From the NCBI GenBank assembly GCA_938021675.1, contig CALIFY010000012.1, positions 19,697 to 83,696 of the forward strand: a stretch of DNA of 64,000 bases, given 5' to 3'. This document shows, one piece after another, positions 9,239 through 18,688 of this stretch (positions are counted from its first letter, which is position 1; each line of letters begins with the position of its first letter). Below the pieces are notes generated by a model. It searched no databases. It was not told where the DNA came from and saw nothing but the letters and a program-made list of their open reading frames with translations. The translations under genes were made by a program, and so were the position numbers. The stretch is from an uncultured Acidimicrobiales bacterium (lineage in GTDB: Bacteria; Actinomycetota; Acidimicrobiia; Acidimicrobiales; SZUA-35).

Positions 9239-10024
9239 ATGGTGACGAAGCTGCAGATAATCGGCGGCGGACGAATGGGTCACGCACTCGTCGGCGGCTT
9301 GATCAAGGCTGGTTGGGCTACCGCTCAAGAATTGGCCGTGATCGAGGTCGATAGCACACAACGGCAGCACCTCGTCGCGGCATTTCCTGGTGTTGCGGTA
9401 TCGGACGCCCCGGTGGGCGGCATCGATTCGTTGGTAGCGGTCAAACCACACCTGGTGCTCGATGTTTGTGCCGGCCTCGTCGAACCCCGGCGGGTGGTGT
9501 CTATCGCGGCTGGGGTGACCATCGCCGCTATGGCCGACGTCTTGCCGGCCGGTACCTCAATACTTCGAGTGATGCCGAACACCCCGGCCCTGGTCGGCGA
9601 GGGTGCGGCCGGCCTGGCCGGCGGAGACAACGCCACCGATGACGATGTGGCCTGGGCCACCGACATTCTCAGCGCCGTCGGGTCGGTGGTGGTGGTAGCC
9701 GAGGCGAAACTCGACGCCGTTACCGGCTTGTCCGGATCGGGTCCGGCCTACGTGTTTTTGTTGGCCGAGGCCCTGATCGATGCTGGTGTGGCGGTTGGTC
9801 TCAACCGGTCCGATGCCGCCACCTTGGCCAGCAAGACCATTTACGGCGCGGGCAAGATGCTGGTCGAAACAGGGTTGGAACCGATGGAACTTCGAACTCA
9901 GGTCACCACGCCGGCCGGCACCACGGCGGCCGGTCTTGGACGGCTTGAAGAGCACGGCATCCGAGCGGCCGTCGCCGCCGCGGTACGAGCGGCAACCGAT
10001 CGTTCAGCCGAGCTCGGTCAATGA
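9239..10024 (+). CDS. proC: Pyrroline-5-carboxylate reductase
   Basis: IGGGRMG, AVKP, RVMPNTP, TGLSGSGPAY, VTTPAGTT. Confidence 0.95.
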   Translation: MVTKLQIIGGGRMGHALVGGLIKAGWATAQELAVIEVDSTQRQHLVAAFPGVAVSDAPVGGIDSLVAVKPHLVLDVCAGLVEPRRVVSIAAGVTIAAMADVLPAGTSILRVMPNTPALVGEGAAGLAGGDNATDDDVAWATDILSAVGSVVVVAEAKLDAVTGLSGSGPAYVFLLAEALIDAGVAVGLNRSDAATLASKTIYGAGKMLVETGLEPMELRTQVTTPAGTTAAGLGRLEEHGIRAAVAAAVRAATDRSAELGQ

Positions 10025-10039
10025 CGGCAATCGACCACG

Positions 10040-10951
10040 ATGGAGTCCACGATGCAACCCGGTGACCCCCTGCGGTTCGATACCGTTTCCTTTCTGTCCG
10101 ACTACGGACACCGCGATGAGTTTGTGGGCATCGTCCACTCGGTTATTCGTTCGATCGCTCCCGCGGTTCGAGTTATCGATATCTCGCACGAGATAGCGCC
10201 TCACGATGTCAGAGCCGGAGGGTTGGCTCTCGCCCGGTCGGCTCATTACATGGCTCCTGGCGTGGCCCTCGCAGTCGTCGACCCCGGCGTCGGTACCGAC
10301 CGCCGACCGGTTGCGGTCGAAGTGGCCGATGGGGCGGCCTTCCTGATCGGCCCAGACAACGGCCTGCTCGCTCCTGCGGTAGCCATGGTCGGTGGCGCCA
10401 CCGCCGCTGTCGTGCTTGATAACTCCGAGTATCACTTGGCTGATGCCGCGGTCACGTTCGACGGTCGGGACGTCTTTGCCCCCGTCGCCGCCCATCTTTG
10501 CCTTGGCGTACCCTTCGCTGACCTGGGAACGGCCATCGACCCGATCCAGCTGCTCCCCGGCCTCCTGCCGATCAGCGGCGTCGACGACGATGGAGCGATT
10601 CGAGCAGAGGTGCTGTGGATCGATCGTTTCGGTAACGCCCAGCTCAACCTAGACCCCGACGATCTGACCGATTGGCCAGACATGATCACCGTGCGCGGCG
10701 GTCGCATCAACCGGAACGCGGCTCGGGTCGACACGTTTGCTGACATCCCAGGCGGTGGTTTCGGTCTGTTGGTCGATTCCTATGGTCTGCTGTCGTTGGC
10801 CGTCGATCGCGGTTCTGCCGCCGAGGAGCTCGGGCTAGGCGAGGGCGACGAGGTTTCGCTCGCCCCCTGCGAGCAACAGGAGGGCATCGTTTCGTCGGTG
10901 TCGTTGACCTTGAAACCATCGACTACCCGAGAGGAAGGACACCCGGTATGA
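10040..10951 (+). CDS. DUF62 / SAM hydrolase-SAM-dependent halogenase family protein
   Basis: FLSDYG, VVDPGVGTDRR, GPDNGLL, TFDGRDVFAP, IDRFGN. Start may be 10052. Confidence 0.9.
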   Translation: MESTMQPGDPLRFDTVSFLSDYGHRDEFVGIVHSVIRSIAPAVRVIDISHEIAPHDVRAGGLALARSAHYMAPGVALAVVDPGVGTDRRPVAVEVADGAAFLIGPDNGLLAPAVAMVGGATAAVVLDNSEYHLADAAVTFDGRDVFAPVAAHLCLGVPFADLGTAIDPIQLLPGLLPISGVDDDGAIRAEVLWIDRFGNAQLNLDPDDLTDWPDMITVRGGRINRNAARVDTFADIPGGGFGLLVDSYGLLSLAVDRGSAAEELGLGEGDEVSLAPCEQQEGIVSSVSLTLKPSTTREEGHPV

Positions 10952-11037
10952 GACCGTCGATTGTCATCACCCTTGGTCTACTTATGTTGGCCATCCTGGG
11001 CGCAGGCGTGGCCCAGTTCGTCATCCAGATTCGCTAA
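10948..11037 (+). CDS. Small 29-aa single-pass membrane protein (below the ORF track cut-off)
   Basis: MRPSIVITLGLLMLAILGAGVAQFVIQIR; strong RBS GAGGAAGGA; ATGA overlap with the DUF62 stop. Confidence 0.65.
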   Translation: MRPSIVITLGLLMLAILGAGVAQFVIQIR

Positions 11038-11797
11038 CACTTGCCAGGTCGTGCAGCACGGTGGCGATCAGTCGGGGATCGAGGTTTTCCCCCGAGAGGG
11101 TGGGATCGGTTTGCCGGGGGTCTGTTCCATCCGGGCCGGTCTCTTGGGGTGCTGTCGGTGGCGTAAGCGGCTGCGTGACGGCGGTCGTCTCGTCCGAAGC
11201 TGAGGTCGGTGGCACGGTCGTGGTCGGAGGTTCGGCGACCGTTTGAGGTGGTGACGGCGATGCGGGGGTCGCTGTTGGTGTTGCAGTCGAAGTCGGCGTC
11301 GGTGTTGGATCGCCTGTCGTTTGAGCTGGCGTCGATGGGGTCGCCGTGGTGGGTGGGGTGTCGTCAACTGCCATGAATCGGTGTGTGGTCCACAACTGGC
11401 CGGTGCTGTCGTACACGACGCCGACCCCGACATTGGTGAAGCGGGGATCGACGAGGTTCGCGTCGTGAAGCGGGCTGGCCTTGAAGGCCTCGAATAGCAT
11501 CGGCACGTCTTGCACCGGGTTGACGCCAACGTTTTCACCGATAGCAACCCACGGCGAGGTAACCCCGACCGAGATATCGGGGGCGTGAGCCAGTTCGTTG
11601 TCGGCCGCCATTTGGCGCGACCACTCACGAGATGCGGCTTGAAGTTCTCTGTCCAGCTCCAGGGCCGGGAGCCCTTCGGTCGCCCGGTACTCGTTGATCA
11701 GGGTGACGAACCGCCGCTCGTCCTCAACGGTCCCCGCCGAGGCCGGCCCTCCGGCCACAAACAACAACCCGAGAAGGAGAACGGCTATCGTCGCCAT
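11021..11797 (-). CDS. Secreted CAP (SCP) domain protein with Pro/Thr-rich tail
   Basis: Signal peptide, LINEYRA..GLPAL, GENVG, SPLHDANL, VGVGV; P/T low-complexity linker. Start may be GTG 11833. Confidence 0.85.
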   Translation of the reverse strand: MATIAVLLLGLLFVAGGPASAGTVEDERRFVTLINEYRATEGLPALELDRELQAASREWSRQMAADNELAHAPDISVGVTSPWVAIGENVGVNPVQDVPMLFEAFKASPLHDANLVDPRFTNVGVGVVYDSTGQLWTTHRFMAVDDTPPTTATPSTPAQTTGDPTPTPTSTATPTATPASPSPPQTVAEPPTTTVPPTSASDETTAVTQPLTPPTAPQETGPDGTDPRQTDPTLSGENLDPRLIATVLHDLASVSESG

Positions 11798-12093
11798 CGA
11801 GCAAAACCGTCGCGTAACCGTCGATAGTGCCACCGCGTGTTCACCGCCTCTGGCCGCGAGGTTCGCTATGTTTCGCACCTCGTTCGATGTGTCGCTTCGA
11901 TATCGGTGATTGGCCTCAAAAACTTGATCCGACCTCACGAAGAATGGGCCGTCGGTCGCAGTGGTGAACGGGCCGCGGGTCGGACGTGTAGCTGGATCGT
12001 CTTTGTGATTGTGTAGTCCTCTACCGGCCTGGGCGTGGTGCGGGCTTGATGGATGCTGGTCTCGCAGGGGGGCCGGTGGAGGATTGCGGTTTG

Positions 12094-13155
12094 TCAGCCT
12101 TTGAGCGTCCGGGCGTTGTGGATGGTTCCTTGGAAACGGTCGTCGTCGGTGAGCGTGCCAGTTCCGCAAAGCGGTTTGTTACCAATGGAGATGGTCCGGG
12201 CTATCCGTTGCCAGCAGCTTGTTCCAGAGTGGTAGGGAGCGACAGTTCCGAACCCGGCGGGTGCGGGGGCGGCAGAATCGGTTCGCCCGTTAACGATAAC
12301 TCGGATGGTATTGGCGTCATCGTCGATGACACAGGTGATGGTCATCTTGGTATTGGCGGCCAGTTCATAGGTGGAGTTGGCGGTTTTTGCGTTGCCGTCC
12401 CCGTCGCGCATGGCGCACTGGGCCCGGGGCATGCCGGTGTTGTCGGTTACCAGCGACATCTTCCATTGGCCGCCCTGGGAGTCGGCATAGCCCCGTTGCA
12501 TCACATTCCACGACGGGCCCGTTGCCGTGGTGAGGGCCTGCAGGTTGGCGGTCGTCAGCGTGACCTTGGCTTGGAACGAGAACTGGCCACCATGAGGGTT
12601 CAGCGCGTCGGATTCCTCTGCCGATACTTCGGTGGTGACCACGTCGTCGTCGGCGCCGGTGAAGTACCGGGTGCTCGACCCGACCGATCCCTCTCCAAGG
12701 CCATGAATCACCGAAGCGGTTCGCCGCCAGTCTTTGAGGCGTCCAGGAGCGATTGACGACTCCGAGCGCAATGCAACGCAGTCGGTCCTCTGGCTTACCT
12801 GGATGTTGTTATGGCCGACGCTGTAGACCTCATAGCGGTAGTCGGCGCCGGCCGCGCCGTAGTCGTGAAGGTTCTTTGCCGCGGTGCGGGGCACGTCCCA
12901 ACTCTGGCCGTCTGAGCGTGCGATTCGGTAGAACACCGCATTGTCGGCGCCGTCGCCCTGGGTGATGTTGAGCTTGCTCGGAAAGAACGTGATCTCAACA
13001 TCGCTACTGCCGGGGTTGACCACATAACAGAAGTCTGGCTTGATCGGCCAGCCGGCGGCGTCGGCGGGCAGCGTTGCCACCGCGGTGCCAAAAAGCGAGA
13101 CGATGAGCATCGAAACGATAGGAAGGCGACGCGAACGTCGCTTCTCAGAAAACAT
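12094..13155 (-). CDS. Secreted protein with C-terminal LamG/concanavalin A-like jelly-roll domain
   Basis: Signal peptide ending ADA-A; WNVMQRG...GQWKMSL...ISIGNK...DDDRFQGTI pattern. Confidence 0.6.
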   Translation of the reverse strand: MFSEKRRSRRLPIVSMLIVSLFGTAVATLPADAAGWPIKPDFCYVVNPGSSDVEITFFPSKLNITQGDGADNAVFYRIARSDGQSWDVPRTAAKNLHDYGAAGADYRYEVYSVGHNNIQVSQRTDCVALRSESSIAPGRLKDWRRTASVIHGLGEGSVGSSTRYFTGADDDVVTTEVSAEESDALNPHGGQFSFQAKVTLTTANLQALTTATGPSWNVMQRGYADSQGGQWKMSLVTDNTGMPRAQCAMRDGDGNAKTANSTYELAANTKMTITCVIDDDANTIRVIVNGRTDSAAPAPAGFGTVAPYHSGTSCWQRIARTISIGNKPLCGTGTLTDDDRFQGTIHNARTLKG

Positions 13156-13179
13156 GCGGCGGATCTCCGATACAAACAG

Positions 13180-13225
13180 AAAATGGAAAAGAGGGCCGCG
13201 GCGGCACCAGCCGACACAAACCCTC
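13180..13225 (-). terminator. Candidate intrinsic terminator or attenuator hairpin
   Basis: Minus strand GAGGGTTTGTGTCGGC-TGGT-GCCGCCGCGGCCCTC followed by TTTTCCATTTT. Confidence 0.45.
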
Positions 13226-13281
13226 CTCGCACCAGAGAGTAGCCTCTGGCGATCCACCGGTGGGGTGACCTGCCCGGGTTG

Positions 13282-14148
13282 CTACTCCGGAGGCCGGCTC
13301 AGTGGCCGTCCGAGCCAGTTCCGGGGCAACACACCTCGGAACGCGCTCATGACCTCACCGTGGCCCTGTGGAGTGAAGGTTGTCTGCGCATCGCCGTTGC
13401 CGGTCGTCGCGATCATCCACTGTCCGTTGTCGCCGCCGTCAAGCCCCTGCATTTCGGCCATTCGTGGACCGTCATCGGTCGACCACGTAGAGGTGATTCG
13501 CCAACGCCGGACATCGGCGTTGTGAAACTCGATGACCAGGACCGCTTGGTCGGCTTCAAGCCCACCGTCCATCAACGTCTTGATGGCCACGTCATAGTTG
13601 TCGACCTGTTCGATGGCCGACGCTAGAATGTCCGAAGCCACCGAGATGGGGGCATCGCCGACGAACCGAGGTGAGCGGAGCACGATGAGTTCGCTCAACA
13701 CCTGAGGTAGCGCCGCTACTTGGACTGGCCGGAACTCGACGAAGCTGGGATCGAGCGAGCTGGAAACGACGGCGCCACGAGGCGTAGCGAGGACCGTCGG
13801 CGCGCTGCTGTCCGCTCCAAAACTCAGATCGACGGCGACCATAAGGCTCGCGTGGTTCACCACATCGAGCAGCTCAGCGGCCACCGGGTCGACACGTCCG
13901 TCGACCATCATGCCCCCTCGTTGGAGGCGCTCAACGATGTGTGCTTCGGGCAGCAAACGTTGTGGGTCGGTGCCCGGATTCGGAACGGATTGAATGTGGG
14001 CCAGCCGAAGGCTATCTGAGACGAGATCGGCCGGGATCCGAAGATGGGCCCGACTGCGATCGAGAACGGGCATTGAGTCCACCGTGCCCCGTTGGCCCAC
14101 AGTGCCTCTCTCGCCCACGTTGACCTGTTGGTCGCTGTCTACCGCCAC
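13282..14148 (-). CDS. Hypothetical protein (weak resemblance to EspG-like family)
   Basis: Long ORF with typical codon usage; GTG 14148 preceded by a GGAGGAG RBS; family resemblance by eye only. Confidence 0.6.
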   Translation of the reverse strand: MAVDSDQQVNVGERGTVGQRGTVDSMPVLDRSRAHLRIPADLVSDSLRLAHIQSVPNPGTDPQRLLPEAHIVERLQRGGMMVDGRVDPVAAELLDVVNHASLMVAVDLSFGADSSAPTVLATPRGAVVSSSLDPSFVEFRPVQVAALPQVLSELIVLRSPRFVGDAPISVASDILASAIEQVDNYDVAIKTLMDGGLEADQAVLVIEFHNADVRRWRITSTWSTDDGPRMAEMQGLDGGDNGQWMIATTGNGDAQTTFTPQGHGEVMSAFRGVLPRNWLGRPLSRPPE

Positions 14149-14492
14149 GGATCTCCTCCCTCTCTGAAATTCCTCGCACGGACCGGACATGGCGACTGGA
14201 TGGCGAACCAGAAGTCACGAGAACTGGCTCCCACACAGTTGGCCCTAGCAGCACACGTCTCACCCCGTTGCGCCACCAGCCGAACCGGAATTGCGATGAA
14301 CTATTTCTACACCACTTCGCTCCGTTTGTCCCACCCGCGTCGGGCGGTGCGCCCCGTGTCCGGTCTCGGCGGGAGCACGGCAAGACGGCATCTTCAATCA
14401 ATCGTTAACAATCTTGAATCCAATCTAAACCCTATATGTCGGATGGGTGCGATCACTGGCCCGGTGCCTCGATCTCTGCGACGATGGGCCCC

Positions 14493-16007
14493 ATGTCAAC
14501 AGACGATATGAATGGGGGAACCGCCACTCGTACATTCGACTGCAACTTGGCCGCTCGTTTCGAGCGTCATGGCGACGAGACGGCCATCATCGCCGGCGCC
14601 GGACCGTCGGAGCGAACCATCGGCTATCCGGAGTTGGTGGCCAGGATCGGCCGGTGGCGGGGCGGATTGGTGGCTGCCGGGGTCACACCGGGCGACCGGG
14701 TAGCCATCGTTGCCGGGAACACCATCGAGTTCGTACTCGTTCACGCTGCGGCGATGGGTATCGGGGCCATCAGCGTGCCGTTGAATCCTCAATCGCCGCC
14801 AGCCGAGTTACAACGAGAGCTTGAGGCCGTCGCTCCGGCGGCCATCTTTGTCGGCCCGGAAGGGGAGCCGGCCTTCGCCGCCACCGATCGAGACTTCGTC
14901 GCTCGCCGGCTATCGCAGGACGGGCTGGAGTCGGCCGAACCGGCCGAGATCGTGGCTGTGTCGGCCGACACTCCAGCCGTGTTGGTGTTCACCAGTGGCA
15001 CCGCCGGACCACCAAAGCCAGCCATTCTGACCCACGGGAGCCTGACCGCCAGCCTTCAGGCAGTGTTGTCATTGCCGGTCGATCTGGTCGGCGGAGCGCA
15101 CCGATTCCTGGCCGTTCTCCCCCTGTTCCACGTGTTCGGTCTCAACACTATTCTCCACTTAGCGTTGCTGATCGGCGCTGCCGTCGTGCTCGACGATTAC
15201 CGCAGCCCGACCGACACCGTCGATCGGATCAGGTGGTCGGGGGCCACCGTTGTCGCCGGGCCGCCGACACTCTGGGCGGCCATCCACCGGCTGCCGACCA
15301 TCGAGGCCGCCGACCTGTCATCGGTTCGGCTCGCCGTGTCGGGCGCCGCCAAACTGCCACCACAACTCCGGATCGATATCCAGAACCGGTTCGGACTCGA
15401 ACTTCACGAAGGATATGGGTTGACCGAATCGAGCGCGGTCCTCGCCTCCTCGATCTCAACCGACGCTCCACTGGGGTCGGTCGGTCGTCTCCTGCCGGGG
15501 GTAGAGGCCCGTATCGTCGACCACGCCGAAGAGGACTGTTTCGTCGGCGACCCCGGGGATCTCTGGGTTCGGGGCCCCATGATCTTTGGTGGCTATTGGA
15601 ACGGCGACGGGCCGATGGCGGGCGACCAGGCCGTCACCGCCGACGGATGGCTGAAGACCGGAGACGTCGCCGTCGTCGACGAGCACGGATTCCTGACGAT
15701 CGTCGATCGTCGCAAGGATCTTGTCATCGTCTCAGGCTTCAATGTGTTTCCGGCCGAAGTGGAAGGCGTGTTGTCCTCCCACCCCGACGTTGCTCAGGTC
15801 GCTATCGTCGGCGAGCCATCGGAGACCACCGGCGAGGCGGTCGTGGCCTTCGTCGTGCCGGAGCATGGTACGACGATCACCGAAGATGGCCTGCAAGAAC
15901 TCTGTGAGCGAGAACTGGCCAGATACAAAGTCCCGAGCCGGTTTGTGATCGCCTCGGGACTCCCGGTTGGCCCGACCGGCAAGCTGCAACGGAACAGACT
16001 TCGCTGA
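14493..16007 (+). CDS. AMP-binding long-chain fatty acid--CoA ligase
   Basis: FTSGTAGPPK, EGYGLTE, GWLKTGD, RRKDLVIVSGFNVFPAEVE, PTGKL. Confidence 0.92.
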   Translation: MSTDDMNGGTATRTFDCNLAARFERHGDETAIIAGAGPSERTIGYPELVARIGRWRGGLVAAGVTPGDRVAIVAGNTIEFVLVHAAAMGIGAISVPLNPQSPPAELQRELEAVAPAAIFVGPEGEPAFAATDRDFVARRLSQDGLESAEPAEIVAVSADTPAVLVFTSGTAGPPKPAILTHGSLTASLQAVLSLPVDLVGGAHRFLAVLPLFHVFGLNTILHLALLIGAAVVLDDYRSPTDTVDRIRWSGATVVAGPPTLWAAIHRLPTIEAADLSSVRLAVSGAAKLPPQLRIDIQNRFGLELHEGYGLTESSAVLASSISTDAPLGSVGRLLPGVEARIVDHAEEDCFVGDPGDLWVRGPMIFGGYWNGDGPMAGDQAVTADGWLKTGDVAVVDEHGFLTIVDRRKDLVIVSGFNVFPAEVEGVLSSHPDVAQVAIVGEPSETTGEAVVAFVVPEHGTTITEDGLQELCERELARYKVPSRFVIASGLPVGPTGKLQRNRLR

Positions 16008-16034
16008 TTCAGCCGCTGTCGAACAGTGCTGTGA

Positions 16035-16091
16035 GCGAGGCGGTGCAGTCGGCGAGGCGGTGCAGTGGGCGAGGTGGTGCAGTGGGTGAGG
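16035..16091. repeat. 17-bp intergenic tandem repeat x3.3
   Basis: GCGAGGCGGTGCAGTCG / GCGAGGCGGTGCAGTGG / GCGAGGTGGTGCAGTGG / GTGAGG between convergent genes. Confidence 0.8.
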
Positions 16092-16107
16092 CTCTACGGC
16101 GATGCGG

Positions 16108-17292
16108 CTAGGCGTTCGATGATCGGTCCCGCAACTCCGACAACTCATCGTTGCTGGGGAACGACATGACCCGCCAGAGTTCGGGATAGTGATCCGTTGG
16201 TTCCATCATGGTGCCGACCAGCCGCTGGACGGTATTCCAATCGGCCCGCACCAACTCGTTGCCCGCGCTGATCAGCTCGATGGCGTCGGTCTTTGGCAGG
16301 AGGCTCGGAACCCCCGCTTTCCAGGTGCAACACGATAAGTATGAGCCGTCGGACGCCTCCCCAACCCGATAGGGAACGACCGTGAGGTCGTCGCTTACCA
16401 GTTGCTGGAGCGGCTCCCTGAGGCTGCTGTAATTCATTTCGTGATTTATGGCGGTAAGTCGTTGCCACTCCGGGTGCGCCGGATGCGATGGTGGCAACAC
16501 CAAGGGCCGCCAATCGGAGCCGCGCCCGACCAACGGTTGGAAGCTGACCGGAGAGGGAGCGGCCAAGTCTTCAAGGGCAAGGCCACAAGCGGTATGGATG
16601 CCCCGGGTGTCGTCTACCGCGGTGACGATCAGCAGATTTCGGTTGGGATGGATGACGACGAGCTCACCGTCCAGCCCGGTTTGTTCGAGGTAGTCTCCGC
16701 CCAGCATGCGGGCTCCGTCGTAGTCGTCCTCGTTCATCGAGGTGTAGACCCGCGTGTCTTGGGTGGTCCATCCGAGGTCCGGTTCGGCCGCCAGATTTTT
16801 GACGGCGATCTCTAGGAGATCGTCGAAGGTGGCGTCCCACTCGTCGAGTTGCAGTTGGTTGACAACCGACATCGTGGTTGGAGCATCCCACAGCAGAACG
16901 CTGACGAGGTCGCCACCAAAGGGTTGGAATGGGATCAGTGGCCGGTTTCGGCCCTCGCTCGACCGAACCTCGTTTTGCAAGTTAGCCAGGCGGGCCGACT
17001 CCAGCATGGACCGGGGTCGGATGCCCGGCCGCAATGGCGTGGTTGTCTCAAGCTGGGACGGAAGGGCTGGCGGAGACACGAGGGCTTGCACGGTTTCGGA
17101 GAGCCAGGGTCGACGCTCTTCGACGTCGAGCCGGTTCCACTTTGCTCGGAGGTTACTCAACCCGACGATGACACTCCCGATTTGTACGGTGTCGTTATCG
17201 ATCTCCTTGATGACCGTGCCGGGCTTGGCCGCTGCGGCGATTTGACGCCGGACCTCAGCATCGAAGCTTCGCTTATTACGGAACAGTCCCAC
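16108..17292 (-). CDS. Hypothetical protein (DUF1444-like segment)
   Basis: Long ORF; QLDEWDATFDDLLEIAVKNL...DDYDGARML...VIHPNRNLLIV pattern; start set at GTG (MGLFRNK). Confidence 0.65.
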   Translation of the reverse strand: MGLFRNKRSFDAEVRRQIAAAAKPGTVIKEIDNDTVQIGSVIVGLSNLRAKWNRLDVEERRPWLSETVQALVSPPALPSQLETTTPLRPGIRPRSMLESARLANLQNEVRSSEGRNRPLIPFQPFGGDLVSVLLWDAPTTMSVVNQLQLDEWDATFDDLLEIAVKNLAAEPDLGWTTQDTRVYTSMNEDDYDGARMLGGDYLEQTGLDGELVVIHPNRNLLIVTAVDDTRGIHTACGLALEDLAAPSPVSFQPLVGRGSDWRPLVLPPSHPAHPEWQRLTAINHEMNYSSLREPLQQLVSDDLTVVPYRVGEASDGSYLSCCTWKAGVPSLLPKTDAIELISAGNELVRADWNTVQRLVGTMMEPTDHYPELWRVMSFPSNDELSELRDRSSNA

Positions 17293-17347
17293 ATGACGAA
17301 CGGTAGCGGACGAGATGGCGGGTGACAGGGCGCTCGACGGTCGTTTT

Positions 17348-18484
17348 TTATTGGGGGGTTGGAGCGGAATCGGTGTTTGGTGCACGTTGTCGCTGCACAG
17401 CCACCAGTACATCACGCTCGATGGTGGCGTCGACGGTGTGAGCCATCGAGAATCCCGGGGGTGGTTCCACCAGGTCGAATCCGGCATCGGCTACCGTCGC
17501 CGCCACTTCGGTCCTGTCCGCTCGTCGGGTGTTCCAGGCGAAGCACAAACCGCCACCCGGTCGTAGCCAGCGATGCCAGGTCGGCAAGGCCCGTCGAAGG
17601 AGCGCGATCGTGTCATCGTCGGGCCGTGGAGGACTACCGGCACCCCCTCGGCCGCCCCGGTGGTGAATGCCGTACGGGAGATCGGTGACGATGGCGTCGA
17701 TCGATCGTCGACCGATCGAGGCAACCCGAGCCGTGCCGTCCGCGGTGAACGTCTCGACCCGTTGGCTGTGGCCGGCCTTGAACGCGGTTCGGCTGGTGGC
17801 GACCCGAAGCGTGGTGTGCCGGTCCTCGGCGTTTCCCCGGCGGTGAGTCGAGGCTTTGTGGGGAAGGCGAGCCCGTTTTGCCCAGGTCTGAATGAACCGT
17901 GCGTGTTCATCGAGGGCGCCGCCATCGATCTCGATCCCCAAGGCGTCGAGCCCATAGGCCAGCGCCCAGTTGAGGGTGGTACCCCGGCCGCACATCGGAT
18001 CCAGAACGACCGGTCGGCTGGTGGCCTCGGCGTCGAAGCTCAACGGAAACCCGGCGGTTGCCAGCGCCAGGTTGAGCATGGCCCTGGTCAGCCGCTCGTT
18101 CGTCTTCCCCCGGTATCGCTGGGTCGTGACGAGGTCGGTTTCGTAGTGGAGTTGTTGTTCGAGCTCTACCGGGCGGATCAGGCCGTCTCCGGCCGCGGCG
18201 AATAGGGCAGAGGAGGCAGCGAGCTGGCCTAGCACGCCTGTGAGCTGGTCGGTGACTTGGCTGTTGAGGTCGCTGTTAAGGTCGCTGTTGAGTTCGCTGG
18301 CCGATTGGCCGCTGACCGGGAAGCGGAGCATGGTGGCTCGGCTCTGGGTGGTGACCTCGATTGGACCAATGCGATTTGGGATGAGCGTGTCGGCCACCAG
18401 CCGAAGCTCGGTCGCCGCCAGTGGCCCAAGCGAGCCGGTGAACACCCGGTTCAGATCGGTCTCTAGGTACAGCCGGTACTCCAC
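17348..18484 (-). CDS. TRM11/UPF0020-like SAM-dependent methyltransferase
   Basis: VLDPMCGRGTT (motif I), VTDLPYG (motif IV), LRPGG. Confidence 0.8.
   Translation of the reverse strand: MEYRLYLETDLNRVFTGSLGPLAATELRLVADTLIPNRIGPIEVTTQSRATMLRFPVSGQSASELNSDLNSDLNSQVTDQLTGVLGQLAASSALFAAAGDGLIRPVELEQQLHYETDLVTTQRYRGKTNERLTRAMLNLALATAGFPLSFDAEATSRPVVLDPMCGRGTTLNWALAYGLDALGIEIDGGALDEHARFIQTWAKRARLPHKASTHRRGNAEDRHTTLRVATSRTAFKAGHSQRVETFTADGTARVASIGRRSIDAIVTDLPYGIHHRGGRGGAGSPPRPDDDTIALLRRALPTWHRWLRPGGGLCFAWNTRRADRTEVAATVADAGFDLVEPPPGFSMAHTVDATIERDVLVAVQRQRAPNTDSAPTPQ
18260..18299. repeat. 12-bp tandem repeat x3 in the methyltransferase (LNSD repeats)
   Basis: GCTGTTGAGGTC GCTGTTAAGGTC GCTGTTGAGTTC. 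Confidence 0.75.
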
Positions 18485-18688
18485 CTCATCGGTGGTGGGA
18501 GCGGCATCTGTGGTGTCGGAGTCGGAGTCGTTCTCGATGCATGCAGCATACGAATGGGGGCAGCGATCGGTGTTGCCGACGAGCGGGGTCTTTGTTGCCT
18601 CGGCCCGTCGCCGCTGCTGTTGCTCGTGTAGTAGTTGTTAACAGATTGTGCATTTGTGAGTGCGGCGACCGATCCGTAGGGTGGGAGG

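Noticed and set aside
16035-16091. Possible CRISPR array
   Set aside because: Repeats are contiguous with no spacers, only 17 bp long, and no cas genes are present.
18646-18663. Rex autoregulatory operator upstream of rex (TTGTGCATTTGTGAG)
   Set aside because: Only the left half-site matches; no TTCACAA arm.
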